A stretch of 63,787 nt of DNA, filler included, from Collodictyon triciliatum (GCA_043381765.1; 54 parts of 54 records of this genome joined end to end with filler, not necessarily neighbours in it); one strand, 5' to 3'; counted from the whole stretch's first letter, positions 37,860 through 52,598 are shown. Notes: generated by a model from the letters alone, not told the origin. Translations and numbers: made by a program.

Positions 37860-40800
37860 NNNNNNNNNNNNNNNNNNNNNNNNNNNNNNNNNNNNNNNNN
37901 NNNTTAATTAATTAANNNNNNNNNNNNNNNNNNNNNNNNNNNNNNNNNNNNNNNNNNNNGCAGGATGATGAGAGAGAGGCAAGGTTTAGTCTCTTTCCCG
38001 GTTTTTATTTTGTATAGATTATTCAATACTAGGTGTCTACATATGCTTCGCTTCACGTGTATGTACCCCTGGAGGAATAAGCATGCTTGACTAATATCAC
38101 TTTGATATATATATATATATCCCTACTAAATCTCAGTTTGTAGTCTATGGCCAGCTTTGTATCCTTCACAAGGGATAGGCGATCACTGATGCATTATATC
38201 CAACAGCGTGCATATAGTGATATGTTTCATATGTAGGTACACCGGTTCATTTATTTGAAAATTATTTACATTCCTGTGTATGTCTTTCTCTGTCTTTTAT
38301 AAGATTACTTTCTTTTCTCTACGTCCCAGTCGTTCTTTTTATTTTCGACTCTTTTTCTTTATTTTCGACTCTTTTTTTTCTTTATTACGAACCACAATAT
38401 ATGCACTCACAAAAGCAAAGTTTTCTTTCCTCATTGTCTTTGATATCCCACAAATTTGTTTCCTCATAGGCCTTTTCCAAAAAAACTAAAGTACTATGCT
38501 TAAGTCTCTCAGAATAATAAATCATTTGAAATATCTTATTGATCTATGAATACTATTTTAGTAATGTATAGATAACAGATTGGTTTTGTTGCACACGCCC
38601 TTGATGCTTAAAGATTTTTAGTTGTGTATATGTCTTGCTGCTTCATTTGAACGGTACATATGAAGGTTGTCCTCTATCCATTTGCTACTTTTATTTATTT
38701 TGTCTTATTTTTTGCTTACAATAGTAACAGGATATGTTTTTATTCAATCAGAGCAAGCGTCGCTTTCCTACATGATAATCTTGTAGTAATATGAGCAGTA
38801 AAGTGAATCGTGTCCCCAGAGAAAGAGACCTACACTATTATTCGCGTAAATTGTATCCGTAACGATTGCACATAAAGCATAGTTTTGTTTATCAAAAAAT
38901 TCATATATTTAATTTCATTCGCTTATGTCTTCATTTTATGCATATTTTATTGCACTATCGTGTTTTCCCTTTTTATGTACAACAATATGTATTGTGCACT
39001 CAGCCTTGTTTGTTCCATTACGCTGTCTTCAACTTCATTACNNNNNNNNNNNNNNNNNNNNNNNNNNNNNNNNNNNNNNNNNNNNTTAATTAATTAANNN
39101 NNNNNNNNNNNNNNNNNNNNNNNNNNNNNNNNNNNNNNNNNATGAGAAAGAATGAGAAAGAATGAGAAAGAATGAGAAAGAATGAGAAAGAATGAGAAAG
39201 AATGAGAAAGAATGAGAAAGAATGAGAAAGAATGAGAAAGAGTGAGAAAGAGTGAGAAAGAGAGTGAGAAAGAGAGTGGGAGAATGAGGAAGAGAGTGAG
39301 TGACATCATCTTCACGTGAGCACTTGCAAGGGCAGGCGGCTGATTGGATACATGAGAGAACGAGTGGGCTATGTGTCGTTTTTCGCAACGCATGCTCAGG
39401 TATTCCGCCGGCGAGCATTTCTGGCACAGCAACTCCCCCGATGTCGATCCAGTTTATGCCAGTGTGCTGCACAACACCCGGCCATTGTTATATATAAGCT
39501 GCCCCCGCGGAAGATTTTATAATTAGCAAAGCGCGCACTTTTTTAAAAATACGAACTTAATTAGATGTTTGTACAAACTATTTTCTAAAATTATTTATCC
39601 TCACATAAAATACGAATAATATATATATTTGTGGAATTATTTTCCCGCCATAATGTTATTGTGGGCGTGTGCAATTTGTGCTTGTGCCATACCGTACTTT
39701 TGTTGCCCACATTCTCTCACGCCCTAGTTTCAATAGAATAAAATTAACATCAAAGTGATATATTAATAATAGGCAAAAACACCATTACTTTTGTTAATAA
39801 TTCAAGAGAGTATATTTATATAAATTCCACAAATACTACCCTTTTTAAAAATTTTCTTTGACTTGTTCCACCTGCGCCCCAGCGTTTCGCGATCACAAGC
39901 GCAACCCGAGTCAGCAGTAAGAGCTTATGAAGCGTATGCGCCCGAGGTCTTCAAATTGAGAAACACAGAGCCCAGATGGTGTGCACTTACACTTGGATTC
40001 AACTTCAAAAAGAAAGAGAAAAAGAAAGAGAAAAAGAAAGAGAAAAAGAAAGAGAAAAAGAAAGAGAAAAAGAAAGAGAAAAAGAAAGAGAAAAAGAAAG
40101 AAAAAAAGAAAGAGAAAAAGAAAGAGAAAAAGAAAGAGAAAAAGAAAGAGAAAAAGAAAGAGAAAAAGAAAGAGAAAAAGAAAGAGAAAAAGAAAGAGAA
40201 AAAGAAAGAGAAAAAGAAAGAGANNNNNNNNNNNNNNNNNNNNNNNNNNNNNNNNNNNNNNNNNNNNTTAATTAATTAANNNNNNNNNNNNNNNNNNNNN
40301 NNNNNNNNNNNNNNNNNNNNNNNATTCATAATGGGGATTTCTTTGTTTGAGTGGCTTGGAAGTGTGGCGGCTTTAGGACGCTGGCTCTTGTAAGGAAGAT
40401 ATTGCAGAGGCGAACTCCTTGATGATTCGGCTGGAAGCTATTGGACGAGACATGATGAGAAAGTGGGTGAACAGACTGAGGTGAGACAGAACGAGGCTGA
40501 TTCATCCTGCTATGGGTTCGAGGTAGGCAGTGGAGTGGAAAGGTATGTGGCTTGCTTTGGCGATATGGGTTAGGTTGCAAGGATATATGTCGGCCAGCTT
40601 TTGAAGGCGCTCGTAAGGGGGATTGTGCATTTGAATGTTTATAATAAGTGGGTGTTGTGAAGGAGCAACTCGCTACTGAGCGTGACAGAGGTTTGAAGTA
40701 CTTGAAAACAACTATCTTTCGAATGTTTATACATGGAGGGAATTTGCATGGGTTATAACGTCTTTATCAAGGGTGATATGGTTCATGAGCACAGCTGTGA

Positions 40801-43291
40801 AGGGATGCTGAAGGAGCATTGGATTATTTGAGTGTAGAATGAACGCATCAGCAAAAGTCTTGGCGTGATTGCTTTAACATATGCTGCGTCCCCGACATTC
40901 TTTCCTCCTTGCTCTTCATGATGATTGGCCTCTTGTACTGGCGCTCGATGACTTGGTTAAGAATATGATTATCGATAGGTGGGTGCGTGATGGCGCTCTC
41001 GTGTTGAAGCCCTTTTCTACTTTTGATAGATTCGTTACTACACATTTTTTGTTTGTAAAATTGAATTTTTAAGTTTAATTAGGATGTTTACTTCTGGAAT
41101 TTGTAATTTTGCAGGTTGCAATCGCCACATCCGTTGCATAGGTCGAAAGCTCGCAAGCAAAGCCAGCAAGGGAAACGAAGGGTGTTTGAGCGAGGAAAAT
41201 GAGATATGATTTGGATTATGACAGATATGCATCGGAATTGAAGGGCTACTTGCTATCTATCTACGGGTGGTGGTGCTTTAGGCTGTAGGATAGAACCAGC
41301 TGGAAGGGTTTGATGCATTGTCTCATATTCTTTGACTTGTCAGGTTTTTTCCCTTCCCTTCTGCATGACAAACGAAAAAAAAATAAATTATACATAGTTT
41401 TCTGNNNNNNNNNNNNNNNNNNNNNNNNNNNNNNNNNNNNNNNNNNNNTTAATTAATTAANNNNNNNNNNNNNNNNNNNNNNNNNNNNNNNNNNNNNNNN
41501 NNNNTTTCTTTCTTCTTTCTTCTTTCTTCTTTCTTCTTTCTTCTTTCTTCTTTCTTCTTTCTTCTTTCTTCTTTCTTCTTTCTTCTTTCTTCTTTCTTCT
41601 TTCTACTCCCATTTTTAGTTCCTGTACTCTTCTTAGCTCTCTTTCACTACATATCATTTGCAGCAGCAGCAGCGACCCAGTCATGTGCACGCAAAAAAAT
41701 TGAAGACTTCACGTTTGTAGACCTATTTCGTCCTTCCTTTCATTCAGGAGCCTTATTCACCCTAGCCAGCCTCCATGAGCAAGGTCGAAAACCTCGAGGA
41801 TAGTTTGGCGGATGGTGGACCAAATAACGAGGACATCGTGCGTGGCTTAATTCAGGAGTTCTTTTCTGCCAATGGGCTTGCTACTTTGTCAACCTTGCTG
41901 GAGCATAAAACCCGTATACTTATTTCACTTTTTTCTACCCTTTATTTTACTAATACATCCTTCATTATATTACATATTAGAATGTTCATTTTATTTTATG
42001 GTGTATTTTAATTTTCTATGGGCGGTTTTAAATGATAACAAGTAATTCCGTATTTTCATCATCTCATTGCTATTCCCTCTAAGCTATGTTGAGTGTCTGA
42101 GTATTGTATTATTTTTGAATATGAACTCTTCCATAAATACATATGTGATATGGTATAATAATCAAATATTCTGTAGGCAACCCTGGCTCCAAACTACCCA
42201 AGACATCAATTCATCGTATGTCTCTCGATTCGGCTTCTCTTAGTTTTTATGTTCAATTCTGTTCTCTCATGCTTTGGATTTCATGCAAATGCTCGCTATC
42301 TTTATTTTTTATTTGTCGATTTCCAACCGAGAAGAATTTATAATATATACAAAAACAAAACACTGATAGGACTTGTTGGGCGATACATGTCGAGTATGTC
42401 AAGTGGAAAAGACTCACCTGTTGGTATGTATCACTAACCGATTCTTACTCCTCCCCGAAACAAAAAGATACGTCTAGGTCTACCAGATCAACAAAAATTG
42501 ATTATATAATACAATATTAACATATTTTCGGTATAGATATTGCCTTCAGCAAACTAAGTCTAGACGAAAACGGTTTCTCCGAGGNNNNNNNNNNNNNNNN
42601 NNNNNNNNNNNNNNNNNNNNNNNNNNNNTTAATTAATTAANNNNNNNNNNNNNNNNNNNNNNNNNNNNNNNNNNNNNNNNNNNNTTATATTGATGTTTTT
42701 TTTTTTTTTTTTTTTATTTTTTTGTCTTTTTTTTTTTTTTTACTCATGTAATTGCTTTCTCATCTATTTACATATATGCTTTACAATCCTATTTGTTTTT
42801 ACAGGAACGACATTCCTATTGATGGTAGGGGCCTAATAGGCAACAAACTATAAGTTGGCTCAGATGCTTGACAACCTTCAACCGCGAATTCAAACTCAGT
42901 CTCCACCCAGACAGAAAAAGATATTAAAATCAATCGAAAATATCGAAAATCATAAAATAAAAATATATATAAATTAATTGGGCTTTGGGGATGCTTCAAT
43001 TTTTTTCTTTTATTCTACGTCAGTCACATAAGAATGATATTTCACCGCTGCATTCCACCATTTTATACAGATAGGGAGACAAGGCTCTGCCTCTTTGGAA
43101 GATAAAAGAAGAAAAAGAAATCCTTATATTTTAATGGCAAAAGATTACAAGATAGCCGGATCACTTTTGATCATACATGAAGATAATGACAATAAATGAC
43201 GATTGGAAGCAGGATAAGACAAGAAAAAATTCACTATTTTAATCTTGTCTGCAATCGTAATCGATAGTTCAGGGGTATTTTATCCAATCAA

Positions 43292-43526
43292 TTAGTCAAA
43301 GGTGTCAGAGAGAGGACGCTGGTTGTAATCAGTCGGCAGGTAGAAAGTTGCCAACGCACCGAAGCAGAAAAAAATGGCGCATATGAGTAAAGGTATGAAA
43401 GGATTTGTTTCAATAAAAAAGCTATTTGTTGTCAGTGCGACAATTGACGAAATGCGCCCGATAATTGAGGCAAGGCCAAACCCAGCAGAACGAACGACAG
43501 TAGGGAAGCACTCGGTACTAACTGTG
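43292..43526 (-). CDS. MFS transporter (SV2/SVOP/sugar-porter-like), last exon
   Basis: TECFPTVVRSAGFGLASIIGRISSIVA followed by TM11-12. Confidence 0.8.
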
Positions 43527-43626
43527 CTCAATTATAATGCGATGCACAAGGAATCAAGAGGAAGGGCTGTTAAATATATGTATGCATGCGTGGACATGTA
43601 CATCAACATACTTTTGGGTTTTATTG

Positions 43627-43747
<121 letters not shown>

Positions 43748-43867
43748 GTATTATTAGTATTAGTNNNNNNNNNNNNNNNNNNNNNNNNNNNNNNNNNNNN
43801 NNNNNNNNTTAATTAATTAANNNNNNNNNNNNNNNNNNNNNNNNNNNNNNNNNNNNNNNNNNNNATG

Positions 43868-44943
43868 TTATATATTAATTAGATGGCAATTACACAATCT
43901 GATAGTCTCAATTTCTAGTCGATAGGTTATTCCTTGAGGGTTTGAAAAAACCTTAGCATCCTCTTCAGCTCTTCTTGCCTCTTCAGCTCTTCTGGCCTCT
44001 TCGACTCTCCTGACCTCTTCAGCTCTTCTGGCCTCTTCAGCTCTTCTGGCCTCTTCAGCTCTTCTGGCCTCTTCAGCTCTTCTGGCCTCTTCAGCTCTTC
44101 TGGCCTCTTCAGCTCTTCTGGCCTCTTCGGCTCTTCTGGCCTCTTCAGCTCTTCTGGCCTCTTCAGCTCTTCTGGCCTCTTCAGCTCTTCTGGTCTCTTC
44201 AGCTCTTCTGGTCTCTTCAGCTCTTCTGGTCTCTTCAGCTCTTCTGGTCTCTTCAGCTCTTCTGGCTTCTTCGATTTTCTTGGCTTCCTCAATTATAACG
44301 TAGCCTTCTGTTTTCCTAGCCTCCTGGACTGTTTGTGTGGGGTTGACCTGCTGGCACCGTGTTAGCCTGATAAATGTGTACACTTAAACATTACTTACAG
44401 GGTCGTAGAGTTCAAGCTTTTGAAGGGCCTCCGCAAAGGTCATCGTCATCCAATCGAGTGGTTTTTCCGCATTATCCCAGCAAGGAAGATTTGTGATTCC
44501 ACGAGGTGCTCTACGGATGTTTATCTGTCCTGGTGTCTCGATATAAAGTCTCTTCAGCTTTTTTAAAGCTGTGATTTCTGGTGGAAGCTCTTCAATCTAT
44601 GTTTGGCGTTATGTTAGACACTTGCGCTACCTTCTAAAAGAATTTACTTACTGGGTTTCCATCAATACCAAGACCTTTGAGGCCCGTCAAGCGAGATATC
44701 TCGGTGGGAAGAGAGGAAAGCTGATTGTAGCTTAAGTCAAGTACAGTGAGACCTGTTAGTCGCGAAATGTCTGGCGGAAGGAACGATATCTGGTTGCTAT
44801 ACACCCATAACTGCAACAAACGGGTCAGTATGAAAACTGCCGGTGGAAGAGAAGTCAGATTCTTTGAGCGGAGGTCCAACGACGTGCGGTTTTTTAAGGT
44901 TGCAATATCTGGATCTTCGATTATCTTCCGCAGTTCCTCAAGG
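43868..44943 (-). CDS. LRR protein with (AEEARR)n stalk, family copy 3 (diverged; partial)
   Basis: Introns 44597-44651 and 44348-44398 lie at the same positions as in copies 1 and 2. It shares RAPRGITNLPCW..LYDP and has ~17 AEE(A/T)RR repeats. Confidence 0.85.
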
Positions 44944-45183
44944 NNNNNNNNNNNNNNNNNNNNNNNNNNNNNNNNNNNNNNNNNNNNTTAATTAATTAAN
45001 NNNNNNNNNNNNNNNNNNNNNNNNNNNNNNNNNNNNNNNNNNNGAAGAAGAAGAAGAAGAAGAAGAAGAAGAAGAAGAAGAAGAAGAAGAAGAAGAAGAA
45101 GAAGAAGAAGAAGAAGAAGAAGAAGAAGAAGAAGAAGAGAGAAGAAGAGAGAAAGAGAGTGAGTGAGTGAGAGAGAGAGATTA

Positions 45184-45846
<663 letters not shown>

Positions 45847-46236
45847 CTATGTTGGAAACGGAAAAGGTAGGACGACAGGCCCGATTTATACGAGAAACTC
45901 TGAACCATCATCAGAAAAAAAGTCATTATAAAGTTTGTATGTGTATTTGTATGTGTATTTGTATATGTATTTGTATGTGTATTTGTATGTGTATTTGTAT
46001 GTGTATTTGTATGCGTATTTGTATGTGTATTTGTATGTGTATTTGTATGTGTATTTGTATGTGTATTTGTATGTGTATTTGTATGTGTATTTGTATGTGT
46101 ATTTGTATGTGTATTTGTATGTNNNNNNNNNNNNNNNNNNNNNNNNNNNNNNNNNNNNNNNNNNNNTTAATTAATTAANNNNNNNNNNNNNNNNNNNNNN
46201 NNNNNNNNNNNNNNNNNNNNNNAAAAAAAAAAATAA

Positions 46237-46319
<83 letters not shown>

Positions 46320-46508
46320 CACAAAGAAAAAGAAAAAATCCTTTTACATTTTTTGATAGTTATTCATATATGCATTATTTTTACTAGATATTTTTCTTTT
46401 GATAAAGGAGCGATTGAAAATATATTCGATACTTCTCCCTCCCAAAATCGACCAACAAGAAAGCAAACACGGAACCCTAACTCACGATTAATTTAACCCA
46501 TACACAAG

Positions 46509-46664
46509 GCTACGGTCTGGTCGGCCCCGAATTATTGCTATCGCTGCGGCAACACAGCCTCCATTCTGGAGCTAGGAGAAAACCAGAAGCGCAACGTTCA
46601 GTATTTTACTGAATCACAGATCAGCAGAGGCCCCGCCGGCTCTGGATTGCCTTACTTTATGTAA
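46509..46664 (+). CDS. PP2A-family (PP4/PP6-like) phosphatase catalytic subunit, last exon
   Basis: [22 protein letters not shown]...LPYFM*; missing from the ORF track because it is short. Confidence 0.85.
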   Translation, partial: ATVWSAPNYCYRCGNTASILELGENQKRNVQYFTESQISRGPAGSGLPYFM

Positions 46665-47401
46665 GCAACCAACCTATCTTGGGCCTTTAAGGTGGTTGAG
46701 GACAGAGAAGTCAAAGGACATCAAATACTCTCTATTCCGCTATATCTGCCGATTGGGAGAGAACCAACACAAACAAGATAACCAGCAGGGTGGTTTCTTT
46801 TTTCTTTTTTCAAAATCATGCTCTTCCTATCATGAAAAAAACAAAAACAAAAAACAAACCCATCGACTGCATCACATAACAATCCAATATAAAACAAAAG
46901 AAAACTTAAATATCAATATTCCAAAAAAAAAAAGAAAAAAAAAAGACAATATGGCCAGGTTTCTTGCAAGCGAATTCAGATGCCTCTCATTGCGTACACT
47001 TAGATACATGGGCACCAAAAACATTCCGCTCAGGTTGGAAACCTTTGCGCACTATGAGCGTTTGGATTGGTTGATTGGAACACCACACACCTACCGTATA
47101 TGCAGCCACGAGAAAGGCAATTATGGAAGAAAAAAAAGAAGAAAAAAAGAGAGTCACAAGCTAGCCTTCACCCAAGAGACAGGCCTTGCTACCCACACAA
47201 TCAAAAAATAAAATAAAATAAAATAAAATAAAATAAAATAAAATAAAATAAAATAAAATAAAATAAAATAAAATAAAATAAAATAAAATAAAATAAAATA
47301 ANNNNNNNNNNNNNNNNNNNNNNNNNNNNNNNNNNNNNNNNNNNNTTAATTAATTAANNNNNNNNNNNNNNNNNNNNNNNNNNNNNNNNNNNNNNNNNNN
47401 N

Positions 47402-47803
47402 TTTTGTCTTTTTGTCTTTTGGTCTTTTTGTCTTTTGGTCTTTTGGTCTTTTGGTCTTTTGGTCTTTTGGTCTTTTGGTCTTTTTGTCTTTTTGTCTTTT
47501 TGTCTTTTGGTCTTTTGGTCTTTTTGTCTTTTGGTCTTTTGGTCTTTTGGTCTTTTGGTCTTTTGGTCTATTGTCTTTTGGTCTTTTGGTCTTTTGGTCT
47601 TTTGGTCTTTTTGTCTTTTGGTCTTTTGGTCTTTTGGTCTTTTTGTCTTTTTGTCTTTTTGTCTTTTTGTCTTTTGGTCTTTTGGTCTTTTGGTCTTTTG
47701 GTCTTTTGGTCTTTTGGTCTTTTGGTCTTTTGGTCTTTTGGTCTTTTGGTCTTTTGGTCTTTTGGTCTTTTGGTCTTTTGGTCTTTTGGTCTTTTGGTCT
47801 TTT
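47402..47803. repeat. 8-bp minisatellite (CTTTTGGT)n
   Basis: Direct inspection; it produces the spurious repetitive ORFs in the track. Confidence 0.9.
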
Positions 47804-48581
47804 TTCGCGTCTAGGCCTTCTGATCCGTCCGGTCGTCCTGGCGTTCTTGCTGATGTGGGAGCAAGATGGGAAATGGGGCGCAGCAAGTTCGGCCATCGCG
47901 TTCATATATTCGGACGGCGCGCCGAGAAAGGAGCAGACTTGACAACATGATTCAAAAATTCAAACGGTTAATATATACCGCTCCTTATTGTGCAGTTGTC
48001 AATTACTCTGAATATGGCGACACCCATGATATGAGATTTCAATTATATCTGCACAACAATCACTAATTTCAGCTTTTATAGAACAAATTATGATTACCAT
48101 AAATAGATGACTTACTATATCCGTGCATATTTTTATTCCAGATTCAGTAAAAGGGTGGAAATAGCTCGCGCATGATGCAAAGGCAAGCTGCAACCCGTCG
48201 AAGGCTTTGCAAGTTGCAGCCAGTTCTTCTGGTTCCAACAATGGTGCGGAAAACCCCGAGTTGCATGTAAGTCCAGGAAAACCTGAGCAAGGAAGCCGCC
48301 TGCAAGTCTGTCTGAGCGGACAGTATTTTTGCATGATGTCGAGCAAATCGTTTACAACAAGAACAAGGCCCACAGGCTCACCGATGCGCTCGCCTCCTTC
48401 TTGAAAGCGAACAAACTTTGGGAAGAGTCCATCCAATTGCGCTTACCGGACAGCGAAGGCCTTTGCCTGATCGCCTTCCGCNNNNNNNNNNNNNNNNNNN
48501 NNNNNNNNNNNNNNNNNNNNNNNNNTTAATTAATTAANNNNNNNNNNNNNNNNNNNNNNNNNNNNNNNNNNNNNNNNNNNN

Positions 48582-49660
48582 CGCTAAGTATTGAATTACA
48601 TATTTCTCAGATACAGGATTACCCGCACATAGATACTGAGACAATTGCTTATAGGTCATACTACTCTTCCAAATAGTATAATCGGCTTCGGTCACAGTTT
48701 GAGCAATGTTTATACAATAGCCTAGCCAGTCTTTCCATTGTTGTCCGTCAAACTCTGGGAAATACTTTTCAAATGCAAAGCCCTTGAAATAGTTGTAGGC
48801 CTTGGGGTCGCACTGGTTTGTAAATCCGTCATAGGGTAAAAAGTCAAAGTACATAAAGTGTCGTTCTATTGGTAAGAATAACTGCACAGTTTCCCAAAAC
48901 CCATCTCCAAATTTTTGACAATAAGATGATGCAGACTTTATATGTTCGGGCTTACGAGTAGGTTGATCTGGGTACTCGACAAACAAGTTGCCAAGTAACA
49001 TAAAATGAGTCTTTGCAAATTCTTCTATTGGTGTGTCCGCTTTGATAGTAATTTCATTAGGCTCAAATGTTGATTCAATAGGTTCAAAGCTAAATTCTAC
49101 TCTGTACCCTGTCTCTTCTTCAATATATCTTGTCAAGGCTCCATTTCTGTCCTCTGGTTGATCGTACTGGGCTTTATTAATAAACAGCCCATCAAAATGA
49201 TACAGTCCAACATCGACCGCACATTCACCCAAGACATCGATCACTTTCTGCATTATTTTTGTTTCTTCTGTTTGCAGCAAATATGCCAACAAACTATAAA
49301 TGCGATTGTCGTGTTCTTCTAGACAACTAAATTCGTCTTTGAATTTTAACTTGTGCCATTCAGGATATTTTGAATATGCCATAGCAGCCAACACTTGCAT
49401 TTCACTTTGCAGTTTAATACTAAACTCGTCATTACTAACAAGTGCTTGTGTTTTGCCACTAAATGCTAACATCAAATATCTTTTCTTGACTTCCTTGCGA
49501 GTCTTATGTGTTAACTCCATTGCCCTTTCAATTATACTTTCACGGTTCTTTACATATTCCTCGATAGCTTCGTGATCTATATTCCATTTTTTTGCCAAAG
49601 CCAATGACAGAGCATAATGGCAGTTGACAATATCAAGGCTAGCATATTTATCCTTCAATA
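48582..49660 (-). CDS. TVpol (PolA-like primase-polymerase) domain running into a D5/SF3 helicase N-terminal region; viral, partial at both ends
   Basis: Intronless. Motif A-like LDIVNCH, motif B-like RKEVKKRYLMLAFSG, LQTEE and motif C-like HFDGL are followed by the D5_N-like YNYFKGF and YLCAGN...YVIQYLA. Confidence 0.78.
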
Positions 49661-52598
49661 NNNNNNNNNNNNNNNNNNNNNNNNNNNNNNNNNNNNNNNN
49701 NNNNTTAATTAATTAANNNNNNNNNNNNNNNNNNNNNNNNNNNNNNNNNNNNNNNNNNNNGGAGGAGGAATAACTCCAGTCTCCAGGTAATGCTGCTACA
49801 TTTGTTTTTGTTCTCTGCATTTACGTCCATATTCAGGTGATCGCGATAATTGCCTCTCATAGCTCGGCCTCTCTTTGTTTACATTACGATAACACGGCCA
49901 GTCACTCCTACCAGAATCTTGCTGTGGTGGGCTCTTGCTTTTGTTGTTTTGCTTTTTCTCCATACTGACTGTAAGTCTGTAACTCAATGCGCGTACATAA
50001 GTTTATATGTGTGATTTACAGGGGACGCTATTTTTCAGAGTGGGGACAGAATACATTCTGTTTGGAAGCTGGGCTCGACCGAATTTTCTAGAATTTTCAT
50101 CACGCTTCCAGAAGGATTCCAATTAAAGAAGGATTGGATTCATCATCCCATAATTTCCTTTTGAAGAAATTTATATGTGGAAGATATGATTAATTGTTTA
50201 CCAGAGCGCAATAGCATGATTTGAACGCACGCATATGAAATAATATACGTGGAAATATAATTTTGTGAAGCTTATGATGAATTTCGTACAATCATAGTAA
50301 TTAATCACTGTTATTTTTAATTTTGCCAGCTCCAACACAAGATTACTATAGTTGGCATTGTCGATTCGCACACGGCATCGGACTCGGTTAGATGACATGT
50401 TGACTTCTGCGCCGTTACATCGTCATATCATCCTACCGATAAGATCACCAGAGCCATGAGTTGTGTTGATTCCTAGTCTGATTGTTTTTGAGAACAAGTG
50501 GATTGCGTCTCACATCCAGCAGATTAAGTCGCAACTGCTTTCTAATTTGGCGGTGGGATATCGATTCCATGGGACGTCTGTCAGGATTTTTGTTACCAAC
50601 ACCAAATTTCATTCGAAAGGGAAGCACGAGAAGATTGGCAGGTTGTGCAGCATCGGGAACGATAATTCTCACCAGCGAAAAGCTTATCTGGAGCCACTTC
50701 GTTCGCCCGAAGAATCGGAGACGCCGTTTCTTTGCAGAGGAAAAAAAGAAAAAAGAAAAAAGAAAAAAGAAAAAAGAAAAAAGAAAAAAGAAAAAAGAAA
50801 AAAGAAAAAAGAAAAAAGAAAAAAGAAAAAAGAAAAAANNNNNNNNNNNNNNNNNNNNNNNNNNNNNNNNNNNNNNNNNNNNTTAATTAATTAANNNNNN
50901 NNNNNNNNNNNNNNNNNNNNNNNNNNNNNNNNNNNNNNAACAAAGAAGGAAACAGCAGGAAAGACCAAACCATGTAAAAAATAATGTCAATCCAATCAAG
51001 GCACCACACACAAGAAAACCGTTTCCACTCGCGGCTTGAGCTACTAGAGAACAGTAGTCAATCACAGCCTTGAAGTTTGGTCAAGTATTTATGTTTCAAG
51101 TGTGCAAAAACCACCTAGAACCGAACTAAAAGGCCAAAAAGTAAGAAACTTCATCCCCAAACATCTGAAGGAGTAAGAAAAAATTGCTAGGAAATTCATA
51201 GATGAAGTGCTCGGGGTTACAATCAATACTAATGAAGCGTCTCAAAAATCAAGAAATTGTATCAATTTGAATGAATATAGGGTAAAATAGAAAAAAAAGA
51301 AATGGATGCAAAAAATATGAGCGAATTACATGTCTATCAGTCCGTATATGATATTCCTAATTCATTAATCAATGCGGAACAGGTGAATTTAGTGATTGAC
51401 TAGGTATTTTGAAGATGTGAAGAGAACGCTGTCAGCTCCCAAAATTACCAACTTTTTCAACCCGATAATGCCCCACCAAACTCGCATTTGGATATTTAAG
51501 AGAATATCGAAGAAAGGTAAGCCAAAGCTGCCTGGTATCCGAATCGAACAGCAAAGGAGAGTAAACCGCGCCCACCTGCCACTCTGATGTCAAAGCTCCC
51601 AAATCCATCAAAGGCTCTCCTCATCAGCGACCACATCAGAAACATTAGAAAATAATATCAGAAACTGGATACGAGAGGACAGCCATCACAACCTTTTGCC
51701 CTCGCATAAGGCTCTTCAAGCTCCCTATGCGAGCTCACCCCGATTGCGAGTAGTCTCCACCCCTCCCCGAAGAAACAACTTTCCAGAAAAAAAGGAGGGA
51801 AGAAAAAAGAACCTAATATTAGACTTAAACACCCTGCTCAATCCTCACCACAGTTTCACCAACACAAGAAAAAATGAAGCAATCCAAGATTATGTCTCAC
51901 CTACGGACAAGAGAGGTAATCAACCGTGTACATCACCAAATATAAAGAAACAAAAAAAAAATGAAAACGAAGGTGAACCCAGCATCTCACGTAAATAACC
52001 AGGGGGACGCGGAATANNNNNNNNNNNNNNNNNNNNNNNNNNNNNNNNNNNNNNNNNNNNTTAATTAATTAANNNNNNNNNNNNNNNNNNNNNNNNNNNN
52101 NNNNNNNNNNNNNNNNAATACTTCGGGCGGGGTCAGAATCTTTCTTTGAGTTCAAAAAAAGCATGGTTATTCCCTACAGAGAGAAGCATATTGCAATTAG
52201 TACACAATTGAATGCTCATCTTGCTTCAGTGGAATTAAATCATGAGGTAGATAATTGAAAATCATTCAGATGAAATTATCGTCCTTTTGCCTTCAATTCA
52301 AAACGTATCACCTGCAAAACAACAAAGTACAATCGCCAACCATCTTGTGCATTTGATGATGAAAATGTAAGAAATAGTTCTTCCATATACCTCTATGTAT
52401 CGGAATATGTGGTTGTTTCATCAGGGTATGAAATTTGCATAAAAAAATTGCTTCGAGTTATATTATGGCAAGAATCCTTGAATCGAATATTGATAAAAAA
52501 AAAGTTATAACAAAAATCACAAATATGTTTTAATTATTTATCATTAGTTACTCTTTTCATTTTTGAGAGGGTACTCGTTTCATGCAAATAGACTTCAA

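Noticed and set aside
48150-48481. Possible decayed non-LTR RT fragment (AHDAK...LHVSPGK)
   Set aside because: Only a faint resemblance to the YADD-downstream region, with no intact catalytic motif.
50400-50740. Possible RTE-like LINE tail (KKRRLRFFG on the minus strand)
   Set aside because: A single short motif with no supporting domains.
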